In this document: positions 1 to 10,084 of the stretch, piece by piece
Position numbering within the stretch: position 1 is the first letter of the stretch
Layout: every line of letters begins with the position of its first letter
From: Patescibacteria group bacterium
Lineage (GTDB): Bacteria > Patescibacteriota > Microgenomatia > Woykebacterales > RBG-16-39-9b
Length of the DNA stretch: 52,549 nt
Assembly (NCBI GenBank): GCA_022574495.1
Contig: JACZRW010000001.1
Span: 1 to 52,549 of the forward strand
Reading direction: 5' to 3'
Notes under the pieces: generated by a model
The model's database searches: none
What the model was told of the DNA's origin: nothing
Seen by the model: only the letters and a program-made list of their open reading frames with translations
Position numbers and translations under genes: made by a program

Positions 1-368
1 TGGATTCTTTCTAATGCTGCTGTTGTATGATCAAAGCCTACACGTTTCTGACCAGAAGCCATAGTTGTTGGTACTAAGACCGCTTGTGATAGTTCATTAA
101 TTAGAAGAGAATCATCTTTATATGATAGAGCTTCCTCGTTACCATCAATAGCTGTCCCTTCACCTAAACCGATACCGGTAAGGTTAAGACCTAATTGAAT
201 AGTAATCTGGTCGCCTGCTAATCTCTCTAAATCTGTTTCTTGCTTAAGAATTGACTGGTCGCCGACAAACTGCCCTGCAACCGTTTCTTTAAGCATCTCT
301 GGAATAAGTTGCTCACTAAAACGTTTTACCGCAATAGCTGCACCAGTTCCAACCGTGGTTTCTGCCAT
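1..368 (-). CDS. Phage-type major capsid-like protein (HK97-fold, N4 gp56/DUF4043-like), first ~122 codons; the gene continues past the left edge
   Basis: Absent from the ORF track because its 3' end lies outside the window. ATG at 368-366 with AAGGAG 7 nt upstream. My translation is MAETTVGTGAAIAVKRFSEQLIPEMLKETVAGQFVGDQSILKQETDLERLAGDQITIQLGLNLTGIGLGEGTAIDGNEEALSYKDDSLLINELSQAV... It follows the N-terminal pattern I recall for this capsid family (AVK..S..L, GD.IT..L, G.G..G..L.GNEE.L). Confidence 0.5.
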   Translation of the reverse strand, partial: MAETTVGTGAAIAVKRFSEQLIPEMLKETVAGQFVGDQSILKQETDLERLAGDQITIQLGLNLTGIGLGEGTAIDGNEEALSYKDDSLLINELSQAVLVPTTMASGQKRVGFDHTTAALERI

Positions 369-495
369 AGCAAAACTCCTTGAAGATTAAAAAAATATAA
401 TTTTCTAGTCTTTTCGTGTTTGCTTGATTTCGGTTGAAGCTGACCTACGATTTTTGACGGTAAAAGTTCGTAGGTAGATAGTCTCACCGTCAACG

Positions 496-543
496 CCCGT
501 CCCCCGCGACCTTTGTTAGGCTGTGGGGGCGGGTTCTTTTTTT
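496..543 (+). terminator. Intrinsic-terminator-like hairpin that works only on the plus strand, between the capsid-like gene and the NYN gene
   Basis: CCCGTCCCCC (496-505) pairs with GGGGGCGGG (525-533) and is followed by TTCTTTTTTT. On the minus strand the U-run would precede the stem. Confidence 0.45.
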
Positions 544-616
544 GCTTAGTCAACGAAGTGGTCGCTGTGCCCGAAGAATTCTTAGTTCGAAGAATGCAGA
601 ATTCAGTGGATTCTAT

Positions 617-1144
617 TTAATTCTGATTTGGAGATTTTTTCTCTTTAGCCTGGAAGACAAATTTGCCATGGTCCTCATCCATATCGGTAAAATCATCTAC
701 CTCCGCAATCAACTTTGCAGAGGTGCTTTTCCCAAAGGCGATTACTTCTACCCTATGACCTTGGTTTTTTAAATATTCCACCAACGGTACGTAATCACCG
801 TCTCCAGAAACTAATATCATTGCATCTAGTCTTGGAGCAAGCCGAATCATATCCAGAGCAATACCCACGTCCCAGTCCCCTTTTTTGACACCACCGGGGA
901 AAATCTGGACTTCTTTTGACTTTACTTCAAAACCAGCTTTTTCTAAGGCATCGAAAAAAGACTGTTCCTCCGGCATAGACGCTTTTATAACGTATGCAAT
1001 TGCTCTAATTAGTTGTCGGCCTTCGACGGCTGTATTTAAAATTTGACTAAAGTTTACTCTACGCCCATATAAATTTTTGGCAGAGTAGTACATATTTTGT
1101 ACATCAACAAAAACACCAACTCTTTGGTTTGGATTTCTTTTCAT
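617..1144 (-). CDS. NYN-domain (LabA/DUF88-like, PIN-fold) protein
   Basis: 175-aa ORF. RVGVFVDVQNMYYSA, AIAYV and ILVSGDGDYVPLV are the acidic-residue strands typical of NYN/LabA proteins. Confidence 0.75.
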   Translation of the reverse strand: MKRNPNQRVGVFVDVQNMYYSAKNLYGRRVNFSQILNTAVEGRQLIRAIAYVIKASMPEEQSFFDALEKAGFEVKSKEVQIFPGGVKKGDWDVGIALDMIRLAPRLDAMILVSGDGDYVPLVEYLKNQGHRVEVIAFGKSTSAKLIAEVDDFTDMDEDHGKFVFQAKEKKSPNQN

Positions 1145-1278
1145 AATTTACACCCCCTTCCTATATACTGTTCCACAGTTGCAGCACGCGGGATAGTTGA
1201 TTACGATGTATCAGCTACGAGCGGGCTATTTGCTAGATATATTCCCCTATGATAACATTAGTTCACCAAATTTACCCT

Positions 1279-2163
1279 ATGAAAAAAATCACAAAGGCAA
1301 TAATCCCTGCGGCCGGATACGGTACCCGTTTCCTCCCTGCTACTAAAGCAATGCCAAAAGAAATGCTGCCTATTGTTGATAAACCCATCATTCAATACGT
1401 TGTTGAGGAAGTGGTTGCTTCCGGAATTGAAGATATTATTTTGGTGACTGGTGGAAATAAAAGGGCAATTGAAGACCATTTTGATAGATCCAGAGAGCTG
1501 GAGGATTGGCTGGAAGAGACAGGGAAGAAGGAAAAATTAGATGAAATTATTCGCATTGCCCACATGGCCAATTTTTTTTACGTAAGACAAAAAGGGCCAT
1601 ATGGAAACGCTTCTCCAGTTATTTCTGCGAAGCACTTAGTGGAGAACGAACCTTTTGCAGTGATCTGGGGGGATGAATTTATCCATTCAGAGCCACCAAG
1701 ACTGAAACAATTATTGGATACTTTCGAAAAGTACCAATCCAGTGTTATTAGCGGTGTGAAAATTGAGAAAAAGGAAGACCTGGCAAAGTATGGTATTGCC
1801 GATATAGAAAAAGTTGAAGGTAATGTTTACAAAATTAAAAAAATAGTTGAGAAACCAGATCCAAGAGAAGCCCCTTCAGATATTGCAACCCACGGAGCTT
1901 ATGTTTTTACCCCAAGCATATTTGAGCATTTAGAAAGCTTAAAACCAGGAAGAGGCGGCGAACTGTGGCTTCCGGAGGCGATAGATTCTTTAATAAAAAA
2001 AGAACCGGTATATGCGGTAATAATCGAAGGTGGGAGATATTATGATATTGGTAATAAAAAAGGGTTTATCGAAGCTAATATTGAGTTTGGCCTGAAAGAC
2101 CCCGATATTAAAGAAGATTTGGGCCAATTTATAAAAAAAATTGCTCAAAAACTTCCTAATTAA
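1279..2163 (+). CDS. galU: UTP--glucose-1-phosphate uridylyltransferase
   Basis: KAIIPAAGYGTRFLPATKAMPKEMLPIVDKP signature. I take the start at the ATG at 1279 (MKKITKA), not the upstream ATG of the track ORF. Confidence 0.9.
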   Translation: MKKITKAIIPAAGYGTRFLPATKAMPKEMLPIVDKPIIQYVVEEVVASGIEDIILVTGGNKRAIEDHFDRSRELEDWLEETGKKEKLDEIIRIAHMANFFYVRQKGPYGNASPVISAKHLVENEPFAVIWGDEFIHSEPPRLKQLLDTFEKYQSSVISGVKIEKKEDLAKYGIADIEKVEGNVYKIKKIVEKPDPREAPSDIATHGAYVFTPSIFEHLESLKPGRGGELWLPEAIDSLIKKEPVYAVIIEGGRYYDIGNKKGFIEANIEFGLKDPDIKEDLGQFIKKIAQKLPN

Positions 2164-2181
2164 TACAATTAGGTATCTGCC

Positions 2182-3546
2182 ATGTCTGATAGAAAGTTAA
2201 TCGCTGGTTCATTTATATTTCTTCTTCTCGTTATTTTGATTGGTTCTATAATTATAGTTAGGGAAAAAGGTTACCTTTCTAGGGAAGAAGAACCCACGTT
2301 TATTAGTTACGTTGGCCTATGGGATCCTGAAATTATTAATCCTCTTAAAATAGAGTATCAGAAGCAAAACCCAGATATTACGATTGAATACGAACAAAAA
2401 AAACCAGAGCTCTATTTTGAAACCTTAAAAAATTTGTTAGCAACGGAAAACCCCCCAGATATTTTTTGGTGGCATTCTGGCTGGGGGCCAATGCTTAATA
2501 ATGATTTATCAGCAATTCCCGAAAGTGTAATTTCAATTCAAGATTACGAAAAAACTTATTTTCCGGTAACCAAGGCTGATGCTAAAATAGGAGGGACATA
2601 TAGAGGGGTTCCTTTAGAAATCGATGGACTGGCTTTAATTTATAATAAAGGTCTGCTTTCTTCAAAAGGCTTCAAGAACCCCCCAAAAACTTGGGCCGAT
2701 CTGCAAAGAACATATATCCCCGCCTTAAATAAATTTGATAAGAAAAAAGGCATATTACAATCCACTATTGCGCTTGGAACCGAAAATAATATTTCGAATT
2801 TTTCAGAGATATTAGGCCTACTTTTTCTTCAAAACGGAGTCACCTTTATTGAGAATGGAGAGATGAAAATACACGATAGCGTGGCTTTAAATAATGATAA
2901 TTTAGGGCAAAAGACATTAGATTTTTACACCAGCTTTACAAAAAAGACCAAGGATTGGGACTCAACTCTCCCAAACTCCATCCGTGCATTTGCGCAGGGT
3001 AAAGTGGCGATGATTATCCTACCTTCACACAAAATCCCCTCACTCCAATCACAGATAAAGGCCACTGGATCTAAAGTAAAATTTGGTGTATCCAGTGTGC
3101 CGCAACCACCAAATGTAGAACCGGTAACGTGGGGAAGTTATTGGCTTTCTGGGGTGTCGGTAAAAAGTAGTAAACAAGGTGAAGCATGGAAATTTATTAA
3201 ATTTTTATCAGAACCAGAAAGCTTGAAAAAGATTTTTGAAAAAGAATCTAAAATCCGAAAAATTGGGCGAGTTTACCCTAGGAAAGATATGAGTAAGGAA
3301 TTGCGCAAAAACGCCTTGTTGGCTCCCTACCAATCTCAAGCTCAATTTGCAAAAAGTTGGTACTTACACTCAGATACTTTTGATGGGGCACTGAACGATG
3401 AAATGATTGAAAAACTTCGTGAACTAGTGTCTAGGATGGCTCAGGGTAAGGGTTCAGCGAAATCAAATTTAAACTCTTTTGCTCCTGAGGCTAAAGAAGT
3501 ATTATCAAAATATGGCGTATTTAGCCCAGAGATAATAGAAAGGTAA
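2182..3546 (+). CDS. Extracellular solute-binding protein (ABC sugar-type, family 1) with an N-terminal membrane anchor
   Basis: 454-aa ORF with an N-terminal TM helix and SBP_bac_1-like motifs (PDIFWWHSGW, GVPLEIDGLALIYNK). Confidence 0.65.
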   Translation: MSDRKLIAGSFIFLLLVILIGSIIIVREKGYLSREEEPTFISYVGLWDPEIINPLKIEYQKQNPDITIEYEQKKPELYFETLKNLLATENPPDIFWWHSGWGPMLNNDLSAIPESVISIQDYEKTYFPVTKADAKIGGTYRGVPLEIDGLALIYNKGLLSSKGFKNPPKTWADLQRTYIPALNKFDKKKGILQSTIALGTENNISNFSEILGLLFLQNGVTFIENGEMKIHDSVALNNDNLGQKTLDFYTSFTKKTKDWDSTLPNSIRAFAQGKVAMIILPSHKIPSLQSQIKATGSKVKFGVSSVPQPPNVEPVTWGSYWLSGVSVKSSKQGEAWKFIKFLSEPESLKKIFEKESKIRKIGRVYPRKDMSKELRKNALLAPYQSQAQFAKSWYLHSDTFDGALNDEMIEKLRELVSRMAQGKGSAKSNLNSFAPEAKEVLSKYGVFSPEIIER

Positions 3547-3554
3547 ATTTTTAC

Positions 3555-3582
3555 TTGACAAATGGAAAGTCTTTTGTATAAT
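3555..3582 (+). promoter_or_regulatory. Sigma70-type promoter of groES-groEL
   Basis: TTGACA (3555-3560), a 16-nt spacer, then TATAAT (3577-3582) with TG immediately upstream. Confidence 0.6.
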
Positions 3583-3583
3583 T

Positions 3584-3610
3584 CTAGCGGACTGAAGTTA
3601 CGAGTGCGAA
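3584..3610 (+). promoter_or_regulatory. Degenerate CIRCE-like inverted repeat just downstream of the groES -10 box
   Basis: CTAGCGGAC-N9-GAGTGCGAA compared with the CIRCE consensus TTAGCACTC-N9-GAGTGCTAA. The right half matches 8/9, the left half only 5/9. Confidence 0.3.
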
Positions 3611-3615
3611 TTTTT
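3594..3615 (+). repeat. 22-nt element GAAGTTACGAGTGCGAATTTTT; a perfect reverse-complement copy lies at 41114-41135
   Basis: Checked base by base. The reverse complement of 3594-3615 equals AAAAATTCGCACTCGTAACTTC at 41114-41135. Confidence 0.9.
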
Positions 3616-3696
3616 CTTGTTTTTTAGAGTTGCTGCGCACTAATCCTACTATTTTCTGCCCCTTTATTAAATTAATAAGTTTAAATTGGAGGTTAA

Positions 3697-3996
3697 ATGT
3701 TGAAAACAAAAGCTAGTATTAAACCATTAGCAGGTTATGCATTAATAGAACCTGAAGAAGCGGAAGGAATAACGGCTTCCGGAATATTATTGCCAGATAC
3801 AGCCCAGGAAAAACCAGCGCAAGGAAAAGTCCTAGCAGTAGGTGCTTTAGTAAAGCACTCAAGCTACGAAGAAAAAGCTGCTTTTAAAACTGGAGATACG
3901 GTGCTTTACAAAAAATGGGGTGGTGACGAAATAAAAATTGATGGAAACGAATTAAAATTAGTTAAATTTGAAGACGTAATGGCTATTATTGAATAA
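3697..3996 (+). CDS. groES: Co-chaperonin GroES
   Basis: 99 aa, with the IKPLAGYALIE...GILLPDTAQEKP mobile-loop pattern. SD GGAGG upstream. Confidence 0.95.
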   Translation: MLKTKASIKPLAGYALIEPEEAEGITASGILLPDTAQEKPAQGKVLAVGALVKHSSYEEKAAFKTGDTVLYKKWGGDEIKIDGNELKLVKFEDVMAIIE

Positions 3997-4050
3997 GGAG
4001 GATTATTATTTATGTCCCGCTAAAGCGTGACGTAATTTTTTAGGAGGTAA

Positions 4051-5685
<1,635 letters not shown>

Positions 5686-5715
5686 TACACCACCTAGAAT
5701 TTAATTCGAATTTTG

Positions 5716-5740
5716 GAAAGGGCCGCAAGGCCCTTTCTTC
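5716..5740 (+). terminator. Intrinsic terminator after groEL
   Basis: GAAAGGGCC-GCAA-GGCCCTTTC followed by a T-rich tail. Confidence 0.7.
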
Positions 5741-5828
5741 GTGGCAAAAAATTGACTATAAGATTTATAATAAGTGGACTAAATAATTTTCGCACATTCA
5801 ATAAAAAGCAAAAAAGAGAGGAGAGAGC

Positions 5829-6110
5829 ATGACCAATAAGCCACTAACAGATAGACCAGAAGTCGTCTACGATTATATTTGGAACCAACTCTCTGAAAAG
5901 GAGAAACGTATTCTTGCCTACTGGGCGAGGTATATGGATGAGTATCTATCGATCCGTTGGATCAAAGCAGGAGCCTGTCTTAGGTCACTGCACGACAGAG
6001 AGTTAACTGCTCTTAACGCCAAGTTAGCCAGACTCAATTCAGGGTTGCGAATATCCTGTCGAAAGGAGGAAGAATCAAACCGTATTACGTGGAAGCTAGA
6101 AAAGAAATAG
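5829..6110 (+). CDS. Hypothetical 93-aa protein (first ORF of island A)
   Basis: ORF preceded by GAGAGGAGAGAGC and followed by a strong terminator. No family recognised. G+C is intermediate to high relative to the backbone. Confidence 0.45.
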   Translation: MTNKPLTDRPEVVYDYIWNQLSEKEKRILAYWARYMDEYLSIRWIKAGACLRSLHDRELTALNAKLARLNSGLRISCRKEEESNRITWKLEKK

Positions 6111-6122
6111 CATCTTCAATGA

Positions 6123-6203
6123 AGAAAGTGAGGGGAGGGGGCGGACCTTTTGTGCAACAGCACAACTGGTTCGCCTTTTCCATTTCTAACCATAAATTTT
6201 TGA
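6123..6203 (+). repeat. Direct repeat copy 1 (terminator plus -35 module); partner at 7541-7621
   Basis: The two 81-nt copies align by hand with about four-fifths identity and three 1-2-nt indels. Weaker similarity continues to about 6256 and 7655. Confidence 0.85.
6140..6181 (+). terminator. Intrinsic terminator after the 93-aa ORF
   Basis: GGCGGACC...GGTTCGCC outer stem with an inner TTGTGC-AACA-GCACAA hairpin, followed by TTTTCC. Confidence 0.65.
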
Positions 6204-6409
6204 AAAACTTTAAGTCTTCTTTTTGACAAATCCCCTTCCCCTATTTCCCTAAGATGTTAGCTATGGTATATATAATGTACTGGAAGTAAGGCAACCGATC
6301 GCATAGTGATAAAGTTGGGAGGTAATCGCACTCTAACAATTAAACAACCCATGAAAGGTAGAGAGAGGAGGAAACAACGTGAGAAGGTCACATAGAGGAG
6401 GTGTGCCGG

Positions 6410-7489
6410 ATGGTTAGCGATACGTCGCAAGACCGTACGGTTCGAGGGAAGCCGAGCCATCCTTCGACCCAACCACAGACCCCGCCGTCCTCGGGCAGCG
6501 GGACTATGCAGAGCTAAAGCGTCGTATCGTCGCTGCGGGCCTGCTCGAAAAACAGCCGGGCTACTATGTCTTCAACGCGTCCGTCCGGCTGATGCTCCTG
6601 GCCACCAGCATTTTGTTCTTGTTCATCATCGACAACGTCTGGCTACAGATGCTAAACGCGGTGTTCCTGGCCTTCGCCTCCACACAGATCGGCTATCTTG
6701 GCCATGACGCCGGCCACCGGCAGATCTTCAGCGGCGCGCATCGTAACGACGTCTTCGGGCTGGGGATCAACTTCTTGCTCGCCATCAGCCGCACTTGGTG
6801 GGTTGATACCCACAACGAACACCACGTGGACCCCAATGACCTAGATTACGACCCACATACGAGGTTGCCTATCTTCGTCTTCTCCGATGAACAGGCCCTC
6901 AACAAGGAAGGGCTCCCAGCCCGCATCGTCGGCTATCAGAGTTTCTACTTCTTCCCCATCCTACTCCTAGAGTACTTGGGGGCGCGCCTGGCGAGCGTTC
7001 AGTTATTGTTGGCGGGGGAGGTGAAGGGGAAGTCGTGGGAAGCACTGGCGATGGTCCTCCACTTCGCCGTCTACTTCGGCCTGCTGTTCTACGCGCTTAG
7101 CTGGTGGCACGCGGTGCTCTTCATTGTCGTACACCAGTCGCTGCAGGGGCTCTACATGGGCTCCGTCTTTGCGCCAAACCACAAAGGCATGCCGACGTTC
7201 AACCCGTGAGGACAACATCGATTTCTTCCGCAGGCAGGTTCTGACGAGCCGCAACATCGTTGGGAATCCGATTGCCGACTTCTGGTATGGCGGGCTCAAT
7301 TACCAGATTGAGCATCACCTGTTCCCGAGCATGCCGCGGAACAAGCTGAGGAAGGCTCAGCCTATCGTGAAAGCATTCTGTGAGGAGCGCTCCGTCTCCT
7401 ACGCCGAGTGTAGCGCCTTCCGCTCGAATGTCTTGATCCTTCGGTACTTGCACCGAGTGAGTGCATCGCTACGACCACGTACAACTTAA
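6410..7489 (+). pseudogene. Membrane fatty-acid desaturase, disrupted by at least two frameshifts
   Basis: SD AGAGGAGGT plus ATG at 6410, in a frame that stops at 6517. The frame opening at 6418 carries DYAELKRRIVAAGLLEKQPGYY, HDAGH and HNEHH and stops at 7207-7209. The third His box QIEHHLFPSMPRNKL continues in the other frame (7208-7489). Confidence 0.75.
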
Positions 7490-7540
7490 GAGGCGCAGCA
7501 CCATCGGAAAGATAACTTCTGGTGAGAAAAGCGAGAGAGT

Positions 7541-7621
7541 AGAAAGTGAGGGGGAAACAGGCGGACCTTTGTGTGAAAGCACAACTGGTCCGCCTTTTCC
7601 ATTTCTACCCTAAATTTTTGA
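7541..7621 (+). repeat. Direct repeat copy 2 (terminator plus -35 module); partner at 6123-6203
   Basis: See 6123-6203. Confidence 0.85.
7560..7600 (+). terminator. Intrinsic terminator after the desaturase pseudogene
   Basis: GGCGGACC...GGTCCGCC followed by TTTTCC. Confidence 0.65.
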
Positions 7622-7646
7622 CAAAACCCTACCCAACCTTTAAAAT
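7618..7646 (+). promoter_or_regulatory. Promoter of the 7656 hydrolase gene
   Basis: TTGACA (7618-7623)-N17-TAAAAT (7641-7646). The ATG follows 9 nt later and there is no SD, so the mRNA is near-leaderless. Confidence 0.5.
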
Positions 7647-7655
7647 TCCCCCACA

Positions 7656-8255
7656 ATGACTAAATCTAAAAAACCAACAAATAAGAAACCAGAAAAAATT
7701 CATAAAAAACTAATTATCGTTCACGGATGGAAAGGCGCTCCAGAACAGGGTTGGTACCCGTGGTTAAAGAGTGAAATGGAAAGAAAAGATTGGGAAGTAC
7801 ATATCCCTGCTTTGCCAAATTCCAATAATCCAAAAATCCATGAGTGGCTTGGCTCACTTGCCCAAGTTGCTGATAGTGTGGATGAGAATACGTACATGGT
7901 TGGACACTCCTTAGGTTGTGTAACCATACTTAAATTCTTGGAAAATTTGGATGAGAAGCAAAAAATTGGCGGGGTTATTTTGATAGCCGGTTTTGATAAT
8001 CCCCTAGGAATTAAGGAAGTAGAAAACTTTTTTCAAGGACCTTTAAATTGGGATAAAGCGAAAAGAACTTGTAAAAAATTTATAGTCATTCATTCTGAGG
8101 ATGATCATGGCGTCCCAGCGGATAATGGAATAAGAATGAAGAATAACTTGGGAGCTAAAAAAATATTGGTAAATGGTTATAAACATTTTTCAGGTGATGA
8201 TGGCGTAAATTCTCTTCCTCTAGTTATCGAAGAACTCCTTGAAATTTCTAGCTAG
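7656..8255 (+). CDS. RBBP9/YdeN-family serine hydrolase (alpha/beta fold)
   Basis: IIVHGWKG..WYPWLK, GHSLGC nucleophile elbow, HSEDDHGVP, and GYKHF near the C-terminus. Collinear with YdeN as I recall it. Confidence 0.8.
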   Translation: MTKSKKPTNKKPEKIHKKLIIVHGWKGAPEQGWYPWLKSEMERKDWEVHIPALPNSNNPKIHEWLGSLAQVADSVDENTYMVGHSLGCVTILKFLENLDEKQKIGGVILIAGFDNPLGIKEVENFFQGPLNWDKAKRTCKKFIVIHSEDDHGVPADNGIRMKNNLGAKKILVNGYKHFSGDDGVNSLPLVIEELLEISS

Positions 8256-8275
8256 CCCAAATAAACTAAATTCTC

Positions 8276-8806
8276 ATGACTAAACCAGAAGATTTACATT
8301 TGGTTAAGCAAGCGCAAAAAGGCAGTCTGTCTGCTTACCAAACGCTATATATGCGGCACTTAGATGCAATTTACCGCTACTTCTTTTTTCAAACAAAAGA
8401 TAAATTTTTGGCGGAAGATTTAGGTCAAGAAGTGTTTATAAAAATATGGAAATCTATCGATAAATACGATGAAAAGAAAGGAGCATTCACAAGTTGGATG
8501 TATCGTATTGCCCATAATCTTTTGGTTGATTATTATCGAGGTAAGAAGACACTTACACTAAAAGAAGGACTGGAAGCATCTTACAGTGAGGATTGGTTGG
8601 AAAAGCTTGACCATTCAGAGAAAATACAAAATGTTAAGAAAGCACTGGAGAATGTATCGGCAGACTATAAAGAAGTAATCATACTTCGTTTCTTCGAGGA
8701 CTTGAGTGTAGAAGAAGTGTCCCAAATCATTGATAAGTCAGAAGAAAATGTGCGTGTAATTCAGCACCGAGCTATACGTAAACTAAAGGAAATACTAGAA
8801 ATATAA
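8276..8806 (+). CDS. ECF-type RNA polymerase sigma-70 factor
   Basis: Region 2 (IYRYFFFQT...EDLGQEVFIKIW) and region 4 (ILRFFEDLSVEEVSQIIDKSEENVRVIQHRAIRKLK). Confidence 0.85.
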   Translation: MTKPEDLHLVKQAQKGSLSAYQTLYMRHLDAIYRYFFFQTKDKFLAEDLGQEVFIKIWKSIDKYDEKKGAFTSWMYRIAHNLLVDYYRGKKTLTLKEGLEASYSEDWLEKLDHSEKIQNVKKALENVSADYKEVIILRFFEDLSVEEVSQIIDKSEENVRVIQHRAIRKLKEILEI

Positions 8807-8823
8807 CGCGTATCAAATACGCG

Positions 8824-9528
8824 ATGAATGCTACTCATATGACTGATGAAGAATTTTTGGAAAAATTAAAGAAAGAATCTAGATTTGAGCACTCTGGTGC
8901 CCAGAAAGATATTTTGTGGGGAAGACTATCATCTTATCTTGACGAAGAAAAAGTTGGGCGTGGATTTTGGCATTTTGGATTCCGTTATGCATATTTTGCT
9001 GTAGTTGCTTTTGTAGTATTGCTTGGATCGGCTGGTGTTACATTTGCTTCTCAAAGCTCTATTCCTGGGCAAACCCTCTACCCGGTTAAACGCTTTAGTG
9101 AGGAGGCGGTTATTTTTGTTAAATTTGATCAGAGAGAAAAGGATATTGCCAGGATGGAACTAACTACTAAACGGGCAGATGAGGTTAATAAACTAGTGGC
9201 TGATAATCCCGAAAAGGTAGGAGAAGCGTTGGATGAATATGAAAGTCAAATCGAAAGTTACCTTTTTGCTTATATGGAAGACCCCGAATACTTTCAATCT
9301 TTTGAGATGACGATAATGGCGAATAAAGAATACCTGATGAAAGCGGCCGAATCCGCTCCAGATGAAATTAAAATAAGAATCAAAGCACTATTAGAAGAGT
9401 CGGAATCTCAAGAGACTGATGATGGTAAAGGGGATGTAGAAGGAGAAGAAGATAAGTTACCTGATGGGGAAGAAAGTGGTGATAACGGGTCAGATTTTGG
9501 GGCAAATCAAAACGAAACTTCTAATTAA
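8824..9528 (+). CDS. Putative anti-sigma / DUF5667-like membrane protein
   Basis: Lies immediately downstream of the ECF sigma. Single TM helix, PGQTLYPVKRFSEE motif and an acidic tail. Confidence 0.5.
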   Translation: MNATHMTDEEFLEKLKKESRFEHSGAQKDILWGRLSSYLDEEKVGRGFWHFGFRYAYFAVVAFVVLLGSAGVTFASQSSIPGQTLYPVKRFSEEAVIFVKFDQREKDIARMELTTKRADEVNKLVADNPEKVGEALDEYESQIESYLFAYMEDPEYFQSFEMTIMANKEYLMKAAESAPDEIKIRIKALLEESESQETDDGKGDVEGEEDKLPDGEESGDNGSDFGANQNETSN

Positions 9529-10024
9529 AGCGTTTCTCTCCAACCTTAATTTCGATATCTAATGTATTTTCTTCGGGGGTAATTGGACAGCGAAAGTTAT
9601 CGTTATAGGCGCAGTAGGGATTGTAGGCATAGTTTAAATCTAAGTCTATCTTTCCGTCTTCTTCCTCGGCTTCGACGTATCTTCCATCGTGGTAGGTTTC
9701 TGATTGATTTGTTTTATCTCTAAAGGCTAAAAATAAATGGTCGCTATCGGTACTTTTGTAAACATGTAGAGATTGTTCCTTTCCGTCAAGTTCGAATTTA
9801 ATTTTCCCATATCTTTTATAAGCTTCGGTATCCCCAGCGCTAGTCTTAATATCTATTAACCCTCCATCTTCTTTTTCTAATTTTGCCAAGACATGGTATT
9901 CTGGATCTTCCGGAAAATACTTCAACCCTTTAAAAGCGTGTTTTTGTTCGTTAGTAAGAGGGGAGTCTTGGGTGGTTCCAAAAAGCTCGTCTTTTTCTTT
10001 TCGAAAATCTGATACTTTGCTCAT
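9521..10024 (-). CDS. DUF1684-domain protein
   Basis: 167 aa. FRKEKDELF...SPLT...F.GLKYFP... pattern typical of DUF1684. Confidence 0.65.
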   Translation of the reverse strand: MSKVSDFRKEKDELFGTTQDSPLTNEQKHAFKGLKYFPEDPEYHVLAKLEKEDGGLIDIKTSAGDTEAYKRYGKIKFELDGKEQSLHVYKSTDSDHLFLAFRDKTNQSETYHDGRYVEAEEEDGKIDLDLNYAYNPYCAYNDNFRCPITPEENTLDIEIKVGEKRFN

Positions 10025-10084
10025 GTGTGAATTTTACCAAATAGAAAAGATGGCGTCCAGTGACCTACAACACTAAGTATCTGT

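Noticed and set aside
326-772. Track ORFs 326-553 (-) and 542-772 (+)
   Set aside because: The first spans the structured spacer and the capsid-like gene's start in another frame. The second is antisense to the NYN gene. Neither has an RBS or a recognisable sequence.
7003-7453. Antisense ORFs 7003-7299 and 7199-7453
   Set aside because: These are shadow ORFs opposite the desaturase pseudogene, whose His-box motifs fix the true strand.
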